A DNA stretch of 64,000 nucleotides from a virus (IMGVR_UViG_3300028833_003296:15736-79735); one strand, 5' to 3'. Counted from the stretch's first letter, positions 26,955 to 36,238 are shown. Numbers and translations are program-made. The notes: a model not told the origin generated them from the sequence alone.

Positions 26955-27188
26955 TCACCTTTCAATAATATCTTGCAATGTACTGATGATGTCATCTAAG
27001 TTGCTTGCAGCATCTTCAAGGTCGCTGACATTATCAGACATAGATTCACCACGTTCTGAGTTTTGGATGGATTCAGGCAAATTGTCGTATGCCTCCTGTT
27101 CCTCTTCACCCACATTCTCAATGTCATTTTTGAGCGATTCAAGCTCAGAAATGATTTTTTCTATTCTGCTTCTTCTTTCCTTATTCAT
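26955..27188 (-). CDS. Small acidic coiled-coil phage protein
   Basis: MNKERR..EEEQEAYDNLPESIQ.SERGE pattern common in phage early regions. Confidence 0.75.
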   Translation of the reverse strand: MNKERRSRIEKIISELESLKNDIENVGEEEQEAYDNLPESIQNSERGESMSDNVSDLEDAASNLDDIISTLQDIIER

Positions 27189-27538
27189 GGCTTATCCTCC
27201 TTTTCTTCAAATTCTACACACATAGGGTCACTTCCATAACTGCCGCACTCAATGATATCACAGTTACCCCATGCGTTCTCGTCTTTTACGTCGTCACTGT
27301 CCTTATCCTTATGCCAATGCTTACAGTTCTTGCATATCAGTATCTCAGAAACACTGTTGATATATTTGTCAGTAGTGTTCACGCAATGGATAGTATTCGG
27401 GGCATCGGCAATATTCTTGTCAGCACAGTGGCTACAAAGCTCGTGAGTTTCATCCACCCACCAACAATAACCATGTTCAGGATTGTGACACGGATCTGTT
27501 TCCGTACAACCACATTTCTTACAAACTCCGTATGGCAT
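27185..27538 (-). CDS. Cys-rich zinc-binding phage protein
   Basis: CKKCGC, CSHC, CKNCKH motifs. Confidence 0.7.
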   Translation of the reverse strand: MPYGVCKKCGCTETDPCHNPEHGYCWWVDETHELCSHCADKNIADAPNTIHCVNTTDKYINSVSEILICKNCKHWHKDKDSDDVKDENAWGNCDIIECGSYGSDPMCVEFEEKEDKP

Positions 27539-27547
27539 ATTACCTCC

Positions 27548-27736
27548 TTAATCCCAAACTGAGAAATAATGCCTCCCATCAGGGCTGATGGCATCGCCAG
27601 CTTCCGGGCCACCGCCATTAAACCCGTCAGGGTTACGCACATCTGTTGCTCCTGGTCCCAACTCTGAGCCCTGCAACAGCCCGATTACAGTTGCCATAAC
27701 GTAGACGGCTGGCTTCTGATACTTTTTCTTGCTCAT
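27548..27736 (-). CDS. Small YxxP-leader peptide
   Basis: MSKKKYQKPAV..GLLQGS..SVWD. Same pattern as 33576-33764. Confidence 0.6.
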   Translation of the reverse strand: MSKKKYQKPAVYVMATVIGLLQGSELGPGATDVRNPDGFNGGGPEAGDAISPDGRHYFSVWD

Positions 27737-27746
27737 AAACTCGTCA

Positions 27747-28067
27747 TTACAGTTTGTCCAATATTTCGTTCACCATGTCATCCACCTTCCGCTCCAGCGC
27801 GATGGATGCCCTCAGTGCCTCCTGGCTGCGCGTCTTGAAGTAGGCCTTTTGGAGCCTTCGCATTCCCTCTACCTCCTTGGCCAATACAAGGCCATCCGGG
27901 AAAGGCAACTTGTCAACGGGCCTCCTGTCCAGCTCCCTCTGGACCGGGAGCCACACCCGCCTGTCCTCCAAGCTCGCACCTCTCACCATGTTCATGAAGG
28001 AAACCAAATCGTCACCCTCAATCCCCTCGATGTACACTCTTAATTTTTTGTCTATTGTAACTCTCAT
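27747..28067 (-). CDS. Hypothetical phage protein
   Basis: 106 aa, co-oriented in the early operon. Confidence 0.6.
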   Translation of the reverse strand: MRVTIDKKLRVYIEGIEGDDLVSFMNMVRGASLEDRRVWLPVQRELDRRPVDKLPFPDGLVLAKEVEGMRRLQKAYFKTRSQEALRASIALERKVDDMVNEILDKL

Positions 28068-28084
28068 AACATCCTACTTTAGAG

Positions 28085-28456
28085 TTAATTTATTAATTTG
28101 ATTTGATATCGCTCTGAAAATAATTCCTTTGCCCAATCTGGAGCATGGTTTAAAAAAACTGCATCGTTATGTGGTTCGTTATCTGCGTTTTCAAGAAACG
28201 TCTCAAGTTCTTTTACGTATTTCTTTACGAGAACTACCAAATCGGCATCAGGAACCTCACTACCTTGTATATGATACACCTGTTCAATATGATTAATGTC
28301 TTGCAAATATTTCATATTATACACAAGTTGTTCATTGTTGCCATGAACGTAGGTGACGGCAAGAATACGCGCAGCAGTGTCGCGTCGGATTGCTGGTACT
28401 CCGATGTTTTTAAATGCATCGAGCCAATTCTTGTAGATATTCTCTTCACATTTCAT
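28085..28456 (-). CDS. Hypothetical phage protein
   Basis: 123 aa, 1 bp after the recombinase stop. Confidence 0.65.
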   Translation of the reverse strand: MKCEENIYKNWLDAFKNIGVPAIRRDTAARILAVTYVHGNNEQLVYNMKYLQDINHIEQVYHIQGSEVPDADLVVLVKKYVKELETFLENADNEPHNDAVFLNHAPDWAKELFSERYQIKLIN

Positions 28457-28457
28457 T

Positions 28458-29336
28458 TCAACGCTTTCCTTTCCTTAATTTCAATTGTCCATGCTTTCTA
28501 TATAGATTATTTAAATCAGAATCACAAAGAATTGTGTCATACACCTGTTCGTAGGTGTAGTTTTTCATTGTGTCTGCAATCTGGGGAATGGTAAGGTCAC
28601 ATTCTATTTTTTTTATCATTTCCTCACGTTGAGTATCGTTAAGTGTAATGATTTGGTATTCACCATCCTTGTATTTACTTTCCCTTTCGATTTTTTGCTT
28701 CCGTTCTTGTTTTTCAATCATGGCACTACGTTTGATTCCCCATCTGTGTAGCCATCGAGTAATTGTATTGCGGTCAACGTTGAAGTTTTCGGCAAGTCTT
28801 CGCTCTGGAACTCCCCATTTGTATTGCTCAATTACCTTTTCTTTTTGTTCTGGCGTACACATTACGTCATCTGCTGTGCGAGAGCCTACAGGTCGTCCAA
28901 GTAAAATTCCAAGTTTCATCCTAAGTTTTAATCCTTCCTTGGTACGTTGCCGAATCATTTGCCTTTCAATTTCTGCAGCGAGGCCAAAAGCAAATGCTAA
29001 TACTTTCGATTGGATATCGTCATCGAGAGAAAAGTTGTCTTTAACTGTGTATATTTTGCATCCAACTTTCATGCAGAAATGAAGAATATCCATTACCATG
29101 TATAAGTCACGCCCTAAGCGGCTTATTTCAGCAGCAATAACAATATCATCCTTCTTTAATTTATTTAAGAGCGGTCCGAGGTTTCTCTTGTTTGGGTCTT
29201 TACCGCCGCTAACACCTTCATCTGTTATGAATTCGTCAATTTTCCAGTTTTTATCTTCGGCGAATTTCACAACTCCTTGTTTTTGCGAGTTAACGTCCTG
29301 TTCATCAGACGATACCCTTAAATATCCATATATCAT
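28458..29336 (-). CDS. Serine recombinase (resolvase/invertase, Mpi-like) with extended C-terminus
   Basis: MIYGYLRVSS, EISRLGR, DDIQSKVLAFAFGLAAEIER..QRTKEGL, C-terminal HTH. 292 aa. Confidence 0.9.
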   Translation of the reverse strand: MIYGYLRVSSDEQDVNSQKQGVVKFAEDKNWKIDEFITDEGVSGGKDPNKRNLGPLLNKLKKDDIVIAAEISRLGRDLYMVMDILHFCMKVGCKIYTVKDNFSLDDDIQSKVLAFAFGLAAEIERQMIRQRTKEGLKLRMKLGILLGRPVGSRTADDVMCTPEQKEKVIEQYKWGVPERRLAENFNVDRNTITRWLHRWGIKRSAMIEKQERKQKIERESKYKDGEYQIITLNDTQREEMIKKIECDLTIPQIADTMKNYTYEQVYDTILCDSDLNNLYRKHGQLKLRKGKR

Positions 29337-29397
29337 GTCGTTTCCCTTTCCTTTGGCATTTCATGTTTAGAAAAATATCCTTGTCTCTTGTCTGCTC

Positions 29398-29610
29398 TTA
29401 TTGCTGACTTTTGGTACCATATTCCCTGATGATCAGCTCTACATGCACGGGCGAATTGTCGAATCTCACTTCAGGAAAGTCCGAATCACGGAGCTTCATG
29501 TTCTCACCGAAATTAGTCCATATTCCACCCTCACACTTGGGCTTGTACTGCCCGATGTAAAGATCCACGTCTTCATCCCTTGCCATCCAACCTTCTAATA
29601 TTCTCTTCAT
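29398..29610 (-). CDS. Hypothetical phage protein
   Basis: 70 aa in the early operon. Confidence 0.6.
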   Translation of the reverse strand: MKRILEGWMARDEDVDLYIGQYKPKCEGGIWTNFGENMKLRDSDFPEVRFDNSPVHVELIIREYGTKSQQ

Positions 29611-29622
29611 GATTGTTCCTCC

Positions 29623-30039
29623 CTACAGTTCCAAGTCACATACTCCTTCTTCCTCAATGTATCTCTTGCATCCGTCGCATTCCTCCCTCTCTGGATAGGG
29701 GCAAACAGTCTCTTCCACGTACAAACCATGCACGGGTTTATCTTCTTCTTCGAAATTCAGGTCGAGACTGTCGTCTCTCATCACTGGCACACCATTGATG
29801 GTAACACCAAGCACTTGCCCGTTCTTGTCACGGTAGATTTCAATGTTAACGTCGTTTACTTCCTCTGGCCACTCAAAAGAAGACAACACAAGAGCCTTGC
29901 CTTTAGAATCGTACACGATAATGTCATAGTCGGAATTACCGCCACACAGGAACCACTTAACATGATTCTTCTCCAGTCTCACCTCTTTCATTTCTAAGCC
30001 AATCTTTTCAATGGCTTTCTCAAATTCATTTACTCTCAT
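29623..30039 (-). CDS. Hypothetical phage protein
   Basis: About 138 aa from MRVNEFEK. Confidence 0.6.
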   Translation of the reverse strand: MRVNEFEKAIEKIGLEMKEVRLEKNHVKWFLCGGNSDYDIIVYDSKGKALVLSSFEWPEEVNDVNIEIYRDKNGQVLGVTINGVPVMRDDSLDLNFEEEDKPVHGLYVEETVCPYPEREECDGCKRYIEEEGVCDLEL

Positions 30040-30145
30040 CACAAATCTTATTTTTAGAATATTCAATGTATTCGTTACACTTCAAGCAATAAGCACCATT
30101 GATGCAGTTGCGCTTTGACTCGCAAATATTACAGTCTTGATGCAT
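30026..30145 (-). CDS. 39-aa Cys-rich protein (not in ORF track)
   Basis: MHQDCNICESKRNCINGAYCLKCNEYIEYSKNKICDESK*. Fills the gap between its neighbours. Confidence 0.55.
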   Translation of the reverse strand: MHQDCNICESKRNCINGAYCLKCNEYIEYSKNKICDESK

Positions 30146-30146
30146 A

Positions 30147-30701
30147 CTACAATGTGTTGAGTCGCATAACCTTGATAATCTCCCTGCAGTTCTTGGTTCC
30201 CAACTTATTCTTGATATTGTGGAGCTGAACCTTTACCGTCTGTGGAGCCTTGCCCAAACGCCGTGCAATCTCGGTGAACGTGTAGCCGTAAAGGTAGAGT
30301 TGCACAACTTCTTTCTCAGCTGGAGAGAGCTTGGTTAAACTCTGCGGTTTACAAATGATGTTTTCATCCTTGCAAACTCCACGAAGCGGACATCTCACTT
30401 CCTCGAAATTCAAGATGTCGTTTGACATGTCTGGAGTCAACGTGTCAAGCTCGCCAAAGTTGCATCGGATGAATCTCTCCACGATTTGGAATGCGGAGAT
30501 GTCTTTGTCGGCGGCACTATTTGACTTCGGAGGATATAACAGTCTCAACCTTGACCATGCGCCAGGAAACCTGTTGCTGATGATCTGGATCATCCTTCCG
30601 CACAACTCCTTGTTGAATCTCGTCAACCGATTTTCGGTTCCGCCATTCTTCGAGAAGTACACATTTCCGTCTGGAGACACTCTGAACTCTATTGTTTCCA
30701 T
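30147..30701 (-). CDS. LuxR/sigma-region-4-type HTH DNA-binding protein
   Basis: LSPAEKEVVQLYLYGYTFTEIARRLGKAPQTVKVQLHNIKNKLG. Confidence 0.8.
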   Translation of the reverse strand: METIEFRVSPDGNVYFSKNGGTENRLTRFNKELCGRMIQIISNRFPGAWSRLRLLYPPKSNSAADKDISAFQIVERFIRCNFGELDTLTPDMSNDILNFEEVRCPLRGVCKDENIICKPQSLTKLSPAEKEVVQLYLYGYTFTEIARRLGKAPQTVKVQLHNIKNKLGTKNCREIIKVMRLNTL

Positions 30702-30901
30702 GACTCTTCCTGTATCGTTCTTATCAAGTTCTCGCGCTCATCGCGTCGAAGCTCGCTAACGGGGTTCTCCCTCAACTTGCCCGACATTGTTGCAGGTGGA
30801 TATTCATACCTGAAATTTAGGTATCTCAGAAACTTTCCCTTCTCTTTCTTAGTGAGACTTTGGTAATAAACCGTTGGGTCAATAACTTCATTTTTACTCA
30901 T
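30689..30901 (-). CDS. Cro-like first early gene
   Basis: 70 aa, divergent from the repressors. Call is positional. Confidence 0.55.
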   Translation of the reverse strand: MSKNEVIDPTVYYQSLTKKEKGKFLRYLNFRYEYPPATMSGKLRENPVSELRRDERENLIRTIQEESWKQ

Positions 30902-31060
30902 AATTTGCTTGTTTTAATCAATTATTAATATTAAATTTATGTGCAAAAGTAATTAAATTTATTACATTGTAATATTTTAATATTATTATTTATCATTTAT
31001 TAACGTATGATTTATTACACAAACGTTTATGTAAACAAATCTTAACAAGTAAATTTGGAT

Positions 31061-31384
31061 ATGAAAATTGAAAAGGTAAATCTTGGTGCATTAATACACC
31101 AAAAAGTAAAAGAGAAAGGTTGGTCAGATGCCAAATTTGCAAAGGCTATCGGACTACATAGGCAGAATGTCAAGAAAACTATATTTGACAAGGAAAGTTT
31201 AGACACAAACATGCTCTGTATTATATCAGAGCTGCTTGAATGTAATCTTTTTAATTACTTCAAAAGTAATACTATTAATGACTGCAAGGAGCTGAAGGCA
31301 ACTGTCACTATCGAGATGGGTAAACAGAAAACCGAAAAGACATTCACCGTCTTCTTCGGTGACAACAAAGTAAAGATTGAGTAG
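31061..31384 (+). CDS. XRE-family HTH regulator
   Basis: KEKGWSDAKFAKAIGLHRQNV..LDTNMLCIISELL. Confidence 0.8.
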   Translation: MKIEKVNLGALIHQKVKEKGWSDAKFAKAIGLHRQNVKKTIFDKESLDTNMLCIISELLECNLFNYFKSNTINDCKELKATVTIEMGKQKTEKTFTVFFGDNKVKIE

Positions 31385-31389
31385 ATATT

Positions 31390-31818
31390 ATGAAATACGT
31401 AGCCTTTAATTTAGACAAGTTGAGAGCCATTCTTGATTCTCGCAACCTGAAGGAACGGGATTTAGCTAAAATGATGTACGGACCTAAGACTCACCAGACC
31501 TTTCAGACAATCTTCACCAAATCATTTGGTGTCCAAAAACTGCTCGACATCTGCAATGCCCTGAACATTCCAATAGATTGTCTGTTCGACATCGAGTCAG
31601 AGGAAAACGAGAAAATTCCCGTGATTAAAGGAAATAACAATAACGTAAATAGTACGGTTATTCACAACGATTATACATCCCTGCAGTACGAAAACGACTC
31701 TCTCAGGAAACTAATTAATGAAAAAGACAAAAGAATTTCTGACCTGCAAAAAAGCCTGGATATTCTAAACGCTATTTTGCAGGACAAAAATCGGACAAAC
31801 AACAAAAAAAATGACTAA
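31390..31818 (+). CDS. CI-like repressor (XRE HTH plus coiled coil)
   Basis: LDSRNLKERDLAKMM..LLDICNALNIPIDCLF. Confidence 0.75.
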   Translation: MKYVAFNLDKLRAILDSRNLKERDLAKMMYGPKTHQTFQTIFTKSFGVQKLLDICNALNIPIDCLFDIESEENEKIPVIKGNNNNVNSTVIHNDYTSLQYENDSLRKLINEKDKRISDLQKSLDILNAILQDKNRTNNKKND

Positions 31819-31866
31819 TAGAGTTCCGATAATAAAGGGGGTCTCCCTCCTGTTTATGATGTAAAA

Positions 31867-31884
31867 AGTCCAGTAATCCCGACC
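31867..31884 (+). other. att core matching a tRNA-Pro 3' end (attP-like junction)
   Basis: AGT-CCAGT-AATCCCG-A-CC reads as T-loop end, T-stem 3' strand, acceptor 3' strand, discriminator A and CC. The 5' part of the tRNA is absent. The site lies between repressor and integrase. Confidence 0.7.
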
Positions 31885-31893
31885 TAATTAAAG

Positions 31894-31920
31894 TTAAAGG
31901 GTTGGTTTCCAACCCTTTAA
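31894..31920. repeat. Perfect 12-bp inverted repeat next to att core
   Basis: TTAAAGGGTTGG-TTT-CCAACCCTTTAA. Confidence 0.85.
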
Positions 31921-32018
31921 TCGTTGTCGGAGGTAAAATGGTCGGTGAAAAATCGGCAGTTACTTTCTTGTTTTATTATTCTTATCTAACAATAGGCCAT
32001 CACGCAAAAATTTTAAAG

Positions 32019-33212
32019 ATGGCTAAAAAAAATTTTATCAGTCGCGAAAAACAGAAAGCAATCGACGAGATCGTCGGTTGGAAACCGCCTGTGTTTCATC
32101 AGGCATCGGAATGCTACGTGTCAGTATCGGCTTTCGATCCTGCACGTGGTCAGTTCAGGATCAAGAAATTCATGCTCGGGCATGTGAAGGGTAAACGTCA
32201 GCAGAAGGTTTACGGTGAAGCACTAATTAAGAGGATTACAGAGAAACTGATGCAGGGATGGAATCCTTGGATTGAGATTATGCAACCGATGGAATATACT
32301 TCGTTCGACGAAGTATGCGAAAAGTACAAGGAATATCTAATGAAGATGCTGAAGGAACGTAGCATGAGGGAAGAGACGGTGGCATCATACACAAGTAGGT
32401 TGAAGGTTCTGATGGACTGGAAGGTTAAGGAGAAGATAAACCTGTACTACACTTACCAGTTTAACAAACGCATAGTTGGGCAGTTTCTGGACTATGTATT
32501 CGTTGAACGCAACAACACCATCAGGACCAGGAATAATTACCTGTTGTGGATTAAAGTGTTCTGCAAATATTTGCATGAACGTGGGTATGTTCCGAGTGAT
32601 CCCTCCGCAGCTTTCCACAACGTAAATCCAAAAGGGCATCAAGGAAAGAATAGGGACATAATTCCTGATGACATTCTCCAAGAGTTGCACGATTGGTTGG
32701 CAGTACACAACAAGCACTTCCTTTTGGCATGCTATGTATTGCATTATTGCCTGGTGCGACCACGCGAGATGAGTTTTCTTAAAATACGCGACTTCTCCAT
32801 AAAGAGACAAACGCTACATTTACATGGCGACACGACAAAGAACCATAACGATGCTGTCATTACCGTTCCACAGCAGGTACTGAAGTTAATGATTGAACTG
32901 AAGGTATTCGATAGTCCAGGGAATTATTATCTCTTTGGAAAGGGCTTTTCTCCTGGAGAAGAACGATGCAGCGAGAAACAATTCCGTGACTATTGGCACC
33001 ATTACGTCAGGAAAAACCTGAAGCTCACAAATCGCTACAAGTTCTACTCACTCAAGGATACTGGTATCACGAATATGCTACGGGCAAACACCGACATCTT
33101 AACGGTGAGAGATCAAGCAAGGCACAGTAGCATACTCATAACGGATATCTACACGCCAAAGGATATCAAAGCTGCCAACGAAATGCTGTTAAATTATCAC
33201 GGAATGCTCTGA
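32019..33212 (+). CDS. int: Tyrosine recombinase (phage integrase)
   Basis: LVRPRE, TK, YSLKDTG, QARHSS, TDIY motifs. Start set at MAKKNF. Confidence 0.92.
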   Translation: MAKKNFISREKQKAIDEIVGWKPPVFHQASECYVSVSAFDPARGQFRIKKFMLGHVKGKRQQKVYGEALIKRITEKLMQGWNPWIEIMQPMEYTSFDEVCEKYKEYLMKMLKERSMREETVASYTSRLKVLMDWKVKEKINLYYTYQFNKRIVGQFLDYVFVERNNTIRTRNNYLLWIKVFCKYLHERGYVPSDPSAAFHNVNPKGHQGKNRDIIPDDILQELHDWLAVHNKHFLLACYVLHYCLVRPREMSFLKIRDFSIKRQTLHLHGDTTKNHNDAVITVPQQVLKLMIELKVFDSPGNYYLFGKGFSPGEERCSEKQFRDYWHHYVRKNLKLTNRYKFYSLKDTGITNMLRANTDILTVRDQARHSSILITDIYTPKDIKAANEMLLNYHGML

Positions 33213-33273
33213 TATTATTAATTTGTCAGAAAAGATTGCTTAGTTCGCTCTCCTACTTTCCATCTTTCCTACA

Positions 33274-33312
33274 AAAATATAAGGTGTGAAATATCTTCGC
33301 ACCTTATATTTT
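33274..33312. terminator. Bidirectional terminator between integrase and late operon
   Basis: AAAATATAAGGTG / CACCTTATATTTT 13-bp inverted repeat. Confidence 0.8.
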
Positions 33313-33334
33313 GATGGAATCTTAATCATAAAAA

Positions 33335-33598
33335 TCACATCAGCAACCACGCGCACAGGAATCCTGCGACTACTCCGATTTGTCCGATGCGTATGTCATT
33401 CCAATCCCAGAACGTCTTCTTTTCGAGCAAGTCATAACCCTCCTTTGCAAACAGGGCTACCTCTCCCCAAAATGCGCCGATTGATGCACATACAATGTCA
33501 CTCCAACAAGCACCGCCTTTTAATGCGAGTGCTGTCACCGCCATGATGGCAAAAGCGAGAATGGGGTGAAATAGGTCATTCATATACCTTATCTTCAT
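33335..33598 (-). CDS. Small membrane protein
   Basis: Homologue of 5440-5703. Confidence 0.7.
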   Translation of the reverse strand: MKIRYMNDLFHPILAFAIMAVTALALKGGACWSDIVCASIGAFWGEVALFAKEGYDLLEKKTFWDWNDIRIGQIGVVAGFLCAWLLM

Positions 33599-33764
33599 AT
33601 CTTTCCTCCTTATAATTTAATTGTTTTACTTCATCCCATACGGAATACTCTTTTGCGTCGTTGAGAACGTTAGGTGAACCGATGTCATCAGCATTCGGTC
33701 CGCTACCACATAGCAAACCAAAGTCTGCTTCCACGATTGCTATAGTAGGTTTAATGTACCTCAT
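33576..33764 (-). CDS. Small YxxP-leader peptide
   Basis: MRYIKPTIAIVEADFGLLCGS..YSVWD. Overlaps both neighbours. Confidence 0.6.
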   Translation of the reverse strand: MRYIKPTIAIVEADFGLLCGSGPNADDIGSPNVLNDAKEYSVWDEVKQLNYKEERYEDKVYE

Positions 33765-36238
33765 AATCTATCTGCCATAAATGTTATACCATACTGAGCA
33801 AGGACAGCAGCAGCAACACATCTACCATGAAGAACACCACCTGCTGCATTATCATGCAACCCATCACCTGTATAAGTATCAATAGTGTCTTCACATACAC
33901 CATCCGACATTACATCAATAAATGTGCATCCGTTGTATAAAGCTGCTGTATGTATAGCATCATTATACAAAAAGAGTTTGTCTGCTCTTTCTTTATATTG
34001 TTCAGATGTTGTTACAAGTGTCTCGTTCTTTATCTTACACCATTGAACACCTTGTAGAAATATCTTAACGTTTGGGTATAAACTTCTCAATCTTTTAACA
34101 GCATATCTAATAGAATTATGTACTGTTCCCATTTCAGCTATTGTACTATCATCTGCCATAATAGCAACATCAGGAGAACCTATGGGAAGACCTGCTCCAT
34201 AATTTGTCAAACTATCATTTATTCCCAATGCAATTATTATTATATCAGGTATCCATTGTTCATTTATTCCTGCTATCATATCATCGATTCTGTCACCTAC
34301 TGCCTTGTTAGGCTCATTACTTCTATAAACCCAAGCAGTGCCATCTACTCCACATACAATTTTATTTTTATAACCACAGATATTAAAAAAAGTATTGGGA
34401 TAATGTTCAACATGGGTAATACTATCACCCAATATGGCAATATTCTTGTTAGATAAAGGTTTTGCAACTGAAGCTATCTTAGTATTAATGGGTGTTAAGT
34501 CGATATTATCACTAATATTATCTATTTCTTCTTTAATTTCCTCAACATCATCAACTAATCCTTTTTGTATCTCAACAATAGAAAAATTTGTTACAACTAC
34601 CTTACATCCACCTTTTAAATTGTTATAAGTTACAGTATTTGCTTGATATGTCTCATAATTCAAGAATCCTATATATGGTGTAGAGCTTTTAAATGTAAAT
34701 ACTTCATCAATATCTTCTTCTCCTGCCTGATGGAATGTTCCACTTAAAGGTTTAAGGGTAACTCCAGTATTGCTTGATTGCTGTGATGAAGACATCATCA
34801 ACCTCCAATTTGCAGTTCCACCACTACCATTGGTAGTAACCGCATGGAATCTGATACGATACTCTTTGTTATCTTCAAGAGTCGAACAATTCCAAAAAGC
34901 ACCATACATAGCTTGATAAGTAGACCCAGTTATAGTTACTTTACTTGCCGTAACATTCAGATTAATACCTATCGTATTGGCAGCAGTTATTGAACCTTGT
35001 TGTATGCCACTGTCTATTTCCTTTCCAAGCACAACTTCTTGCAATTCAGAAGAATCTCCACCTTGACCTATGCCTTCAACTGCCTGTTTATATTCATCAG
35101 TAAAGTCATTAGAAGACAGCCCTTTTCCGTCAACACCGCTACCGTCTACAAGGCTATTTTTAAATTCATCAAGACTTTCTACGGCATCCTCAAGACTTGT
35201 AATCTTCTTCTCTATACCGTCTTGAATTGAAATAATTGAGAATTCTGTTACTACAATTTTTGAGCCACCATAAAGATGAATAGTGCTACTGCTCTGCCAA
35301 TTCAAGAAACCTATGTAGGGCTTTGTTGCATCGAATGTAAACGTCACATCAATATCCTCTTCTCCTGCTGTATGATAAGTTGTATTAAGAGTTTGTACAA
35401 CTGCATTTGAGTCGGATGAAGCAGCTTTACTTGAACACATCAACCTCCAATTAGCTGCATTGCTCCCATTTGTAGTAACCGCATGAAACCTAATGTGGTA
35501 TTCCTTGCCAGCTTCAAGAGAGGAACAATCCCAGAAAGCACCGTATTTTCCTTGATATGATGTTCCAGTTATAGTGACTTTGTTCGTACCTTTCACCACA
35601 CTTATTCCAACTGCTGATGCTGTACTGATAGAACCGAGAGTTATACCACTGTCTATTTCCTTGTCACCTAAATCCGATGTTTGAGTTGATTCTTCCCAAT
35701 TATTCTCGTTGCTAAACCCACTAAGGTCAGCAAGAATATACCTGTACTGATAATACTTCCCATCAGTACCAATATATTTTATAGTCATGCCACCCTTTTT
35801 CTTGGTAGTGTCAGTGAAAGCCGTGAGTGCCGCTTGCAACGATGCGAATGGCGATGCGTTTGGGTATGCCGCACTGATGTCGTACACCCCGTCGCCAGCT
35901 TCCCCGCCTCCAAAGTCTTCCCACTTGCTGCTATCAGTCCAATCGCTCAACGCCCCCTTGAACTGCTTAGTTTCCCAGCTGTCTGAGGCAGTCTGGTATG
36001 TGATTACCATTCCGACGCAACGTAGTGTCTGTGGAACGGCTGCAATAGCCGTTGTAATGGTGTAATATCCGCTTTGCAATGAGTGTAGCTTGGTAACGTT
36101 ATACACGCCACCTGCAAGGCTATCCTTGTTGATGTCCGATTGTTTCTTGTTTTCAAGTGCCTCGTCCTTGATATATTTTGAATCCGCGAGCTTCTGGTTA
36201 TTCGTAATGGATATAAGCTCTGATGCTACTTGTGCCAT
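33761..36238 (-). CDS. Tail-associated protein with duplicated module and C-terminal SGNH/GDSL esterase
   Basis: ILGDSIT, GVDG, ALGIND and DGLH blocks. Two copies of the KEIDSG..YGAFW.CS.LE..RFHAVTTNGS..ANWRLM module. Confidence 0.85.
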   Translation of the reverse strand: MAQVASELISITNNQKLADSKYIKDEALENKKQSDINKDSLAGGVYNVTKLHSLQSGYYTITTAIAAVPQTLRCVGMVITYQTASDSWETKQFKGALSDWTDSSKWEDFGGGEAGDGVYDISAAYPNASPFASLQAALTAFTDTTKKKGGMTIKYIGTDGKYYQYRYILADLSGFSNENNWEESTQTSDLGDKEIDSGITLGSISTASAVGISVVKGTNKVTITGTSYQGKYGAFWDCSSLEAGKEYHIRFHAVTTNGSNAANWRLMCSSKAASSDSNAVVQTLNTTYHTAGEEDIDVTFTFDATKPYIGFLNWQSSSTIHLYGGSKIVVTEFSIISIQDGIEKKITSLEDAVESLDEFKNSLVDGSGVDGKGLSSNDFTDEYKQAVEGIGQGGDSSELQEVVLGKEIDSGIQQGSITAANTIGINLNVTASKVTITGSTYQAMYGAFWNCSTLEDNKEYRIRFHAVTTNGSGGTANWRLMMSSSQQSSNTGVTLKPLSGTFHQAGEEDIDEVFTFKSSTPYIGFLNYETYQANTVTYNNLKGGCKVVVTNFSIVEIQKGLVDDVEEIKEEIDNISDNIDLTPINTKIASVAKPLSNKNIAILGDSITHVEHYPNTFFNICGYKNKIVCGVDGTAWVYRSNEPNKAVGDRIDDMIAGINEQWIPDIIIIALGINDSLTNYGAGLPIGSPDVAIMADDSTIAEMGTVHNSIRYAVKRLRSLYPNVKIFLQGVQWCKIKNETLVTTSEQYKERADKLFLYNDAIHTAALYNGCTFIDVMSDGVCEDTIDTYTGDGLHDNAAGGVLHGRCVAAAVLAQYGITFMADRL

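Larger units (their letters stand above)
1..31884 (-). mobile_element. Prophage A, right-hand part (left end outside window)
   Basis: Co-oriented primase, protease, capsid, terminase, portal and tail genes on the minus strand. Divergent repressors end just before the att core at 31867. Confidence 0.8.

Noticed and set aside
26236-26958. 240-aa minus-strand ORF and overlapping 26673-26945
   Set aside because: They run antisense across the RHH gene, the peptide module and two consensus promoters, and the composition is not protein-like.
31840-31890. Intact tRNA-Pro gene
   Set aside because: Only the last 18 nt match. The T-stem 5' strand, anticodon arm and D arm are absent.
33213-33334. Attachment site downstream of the integrase
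   Set aside because: Only 120 bp, explained by a bidirectional terminator. The tRNA-derived core upstream of the integrase is the better att candidate.
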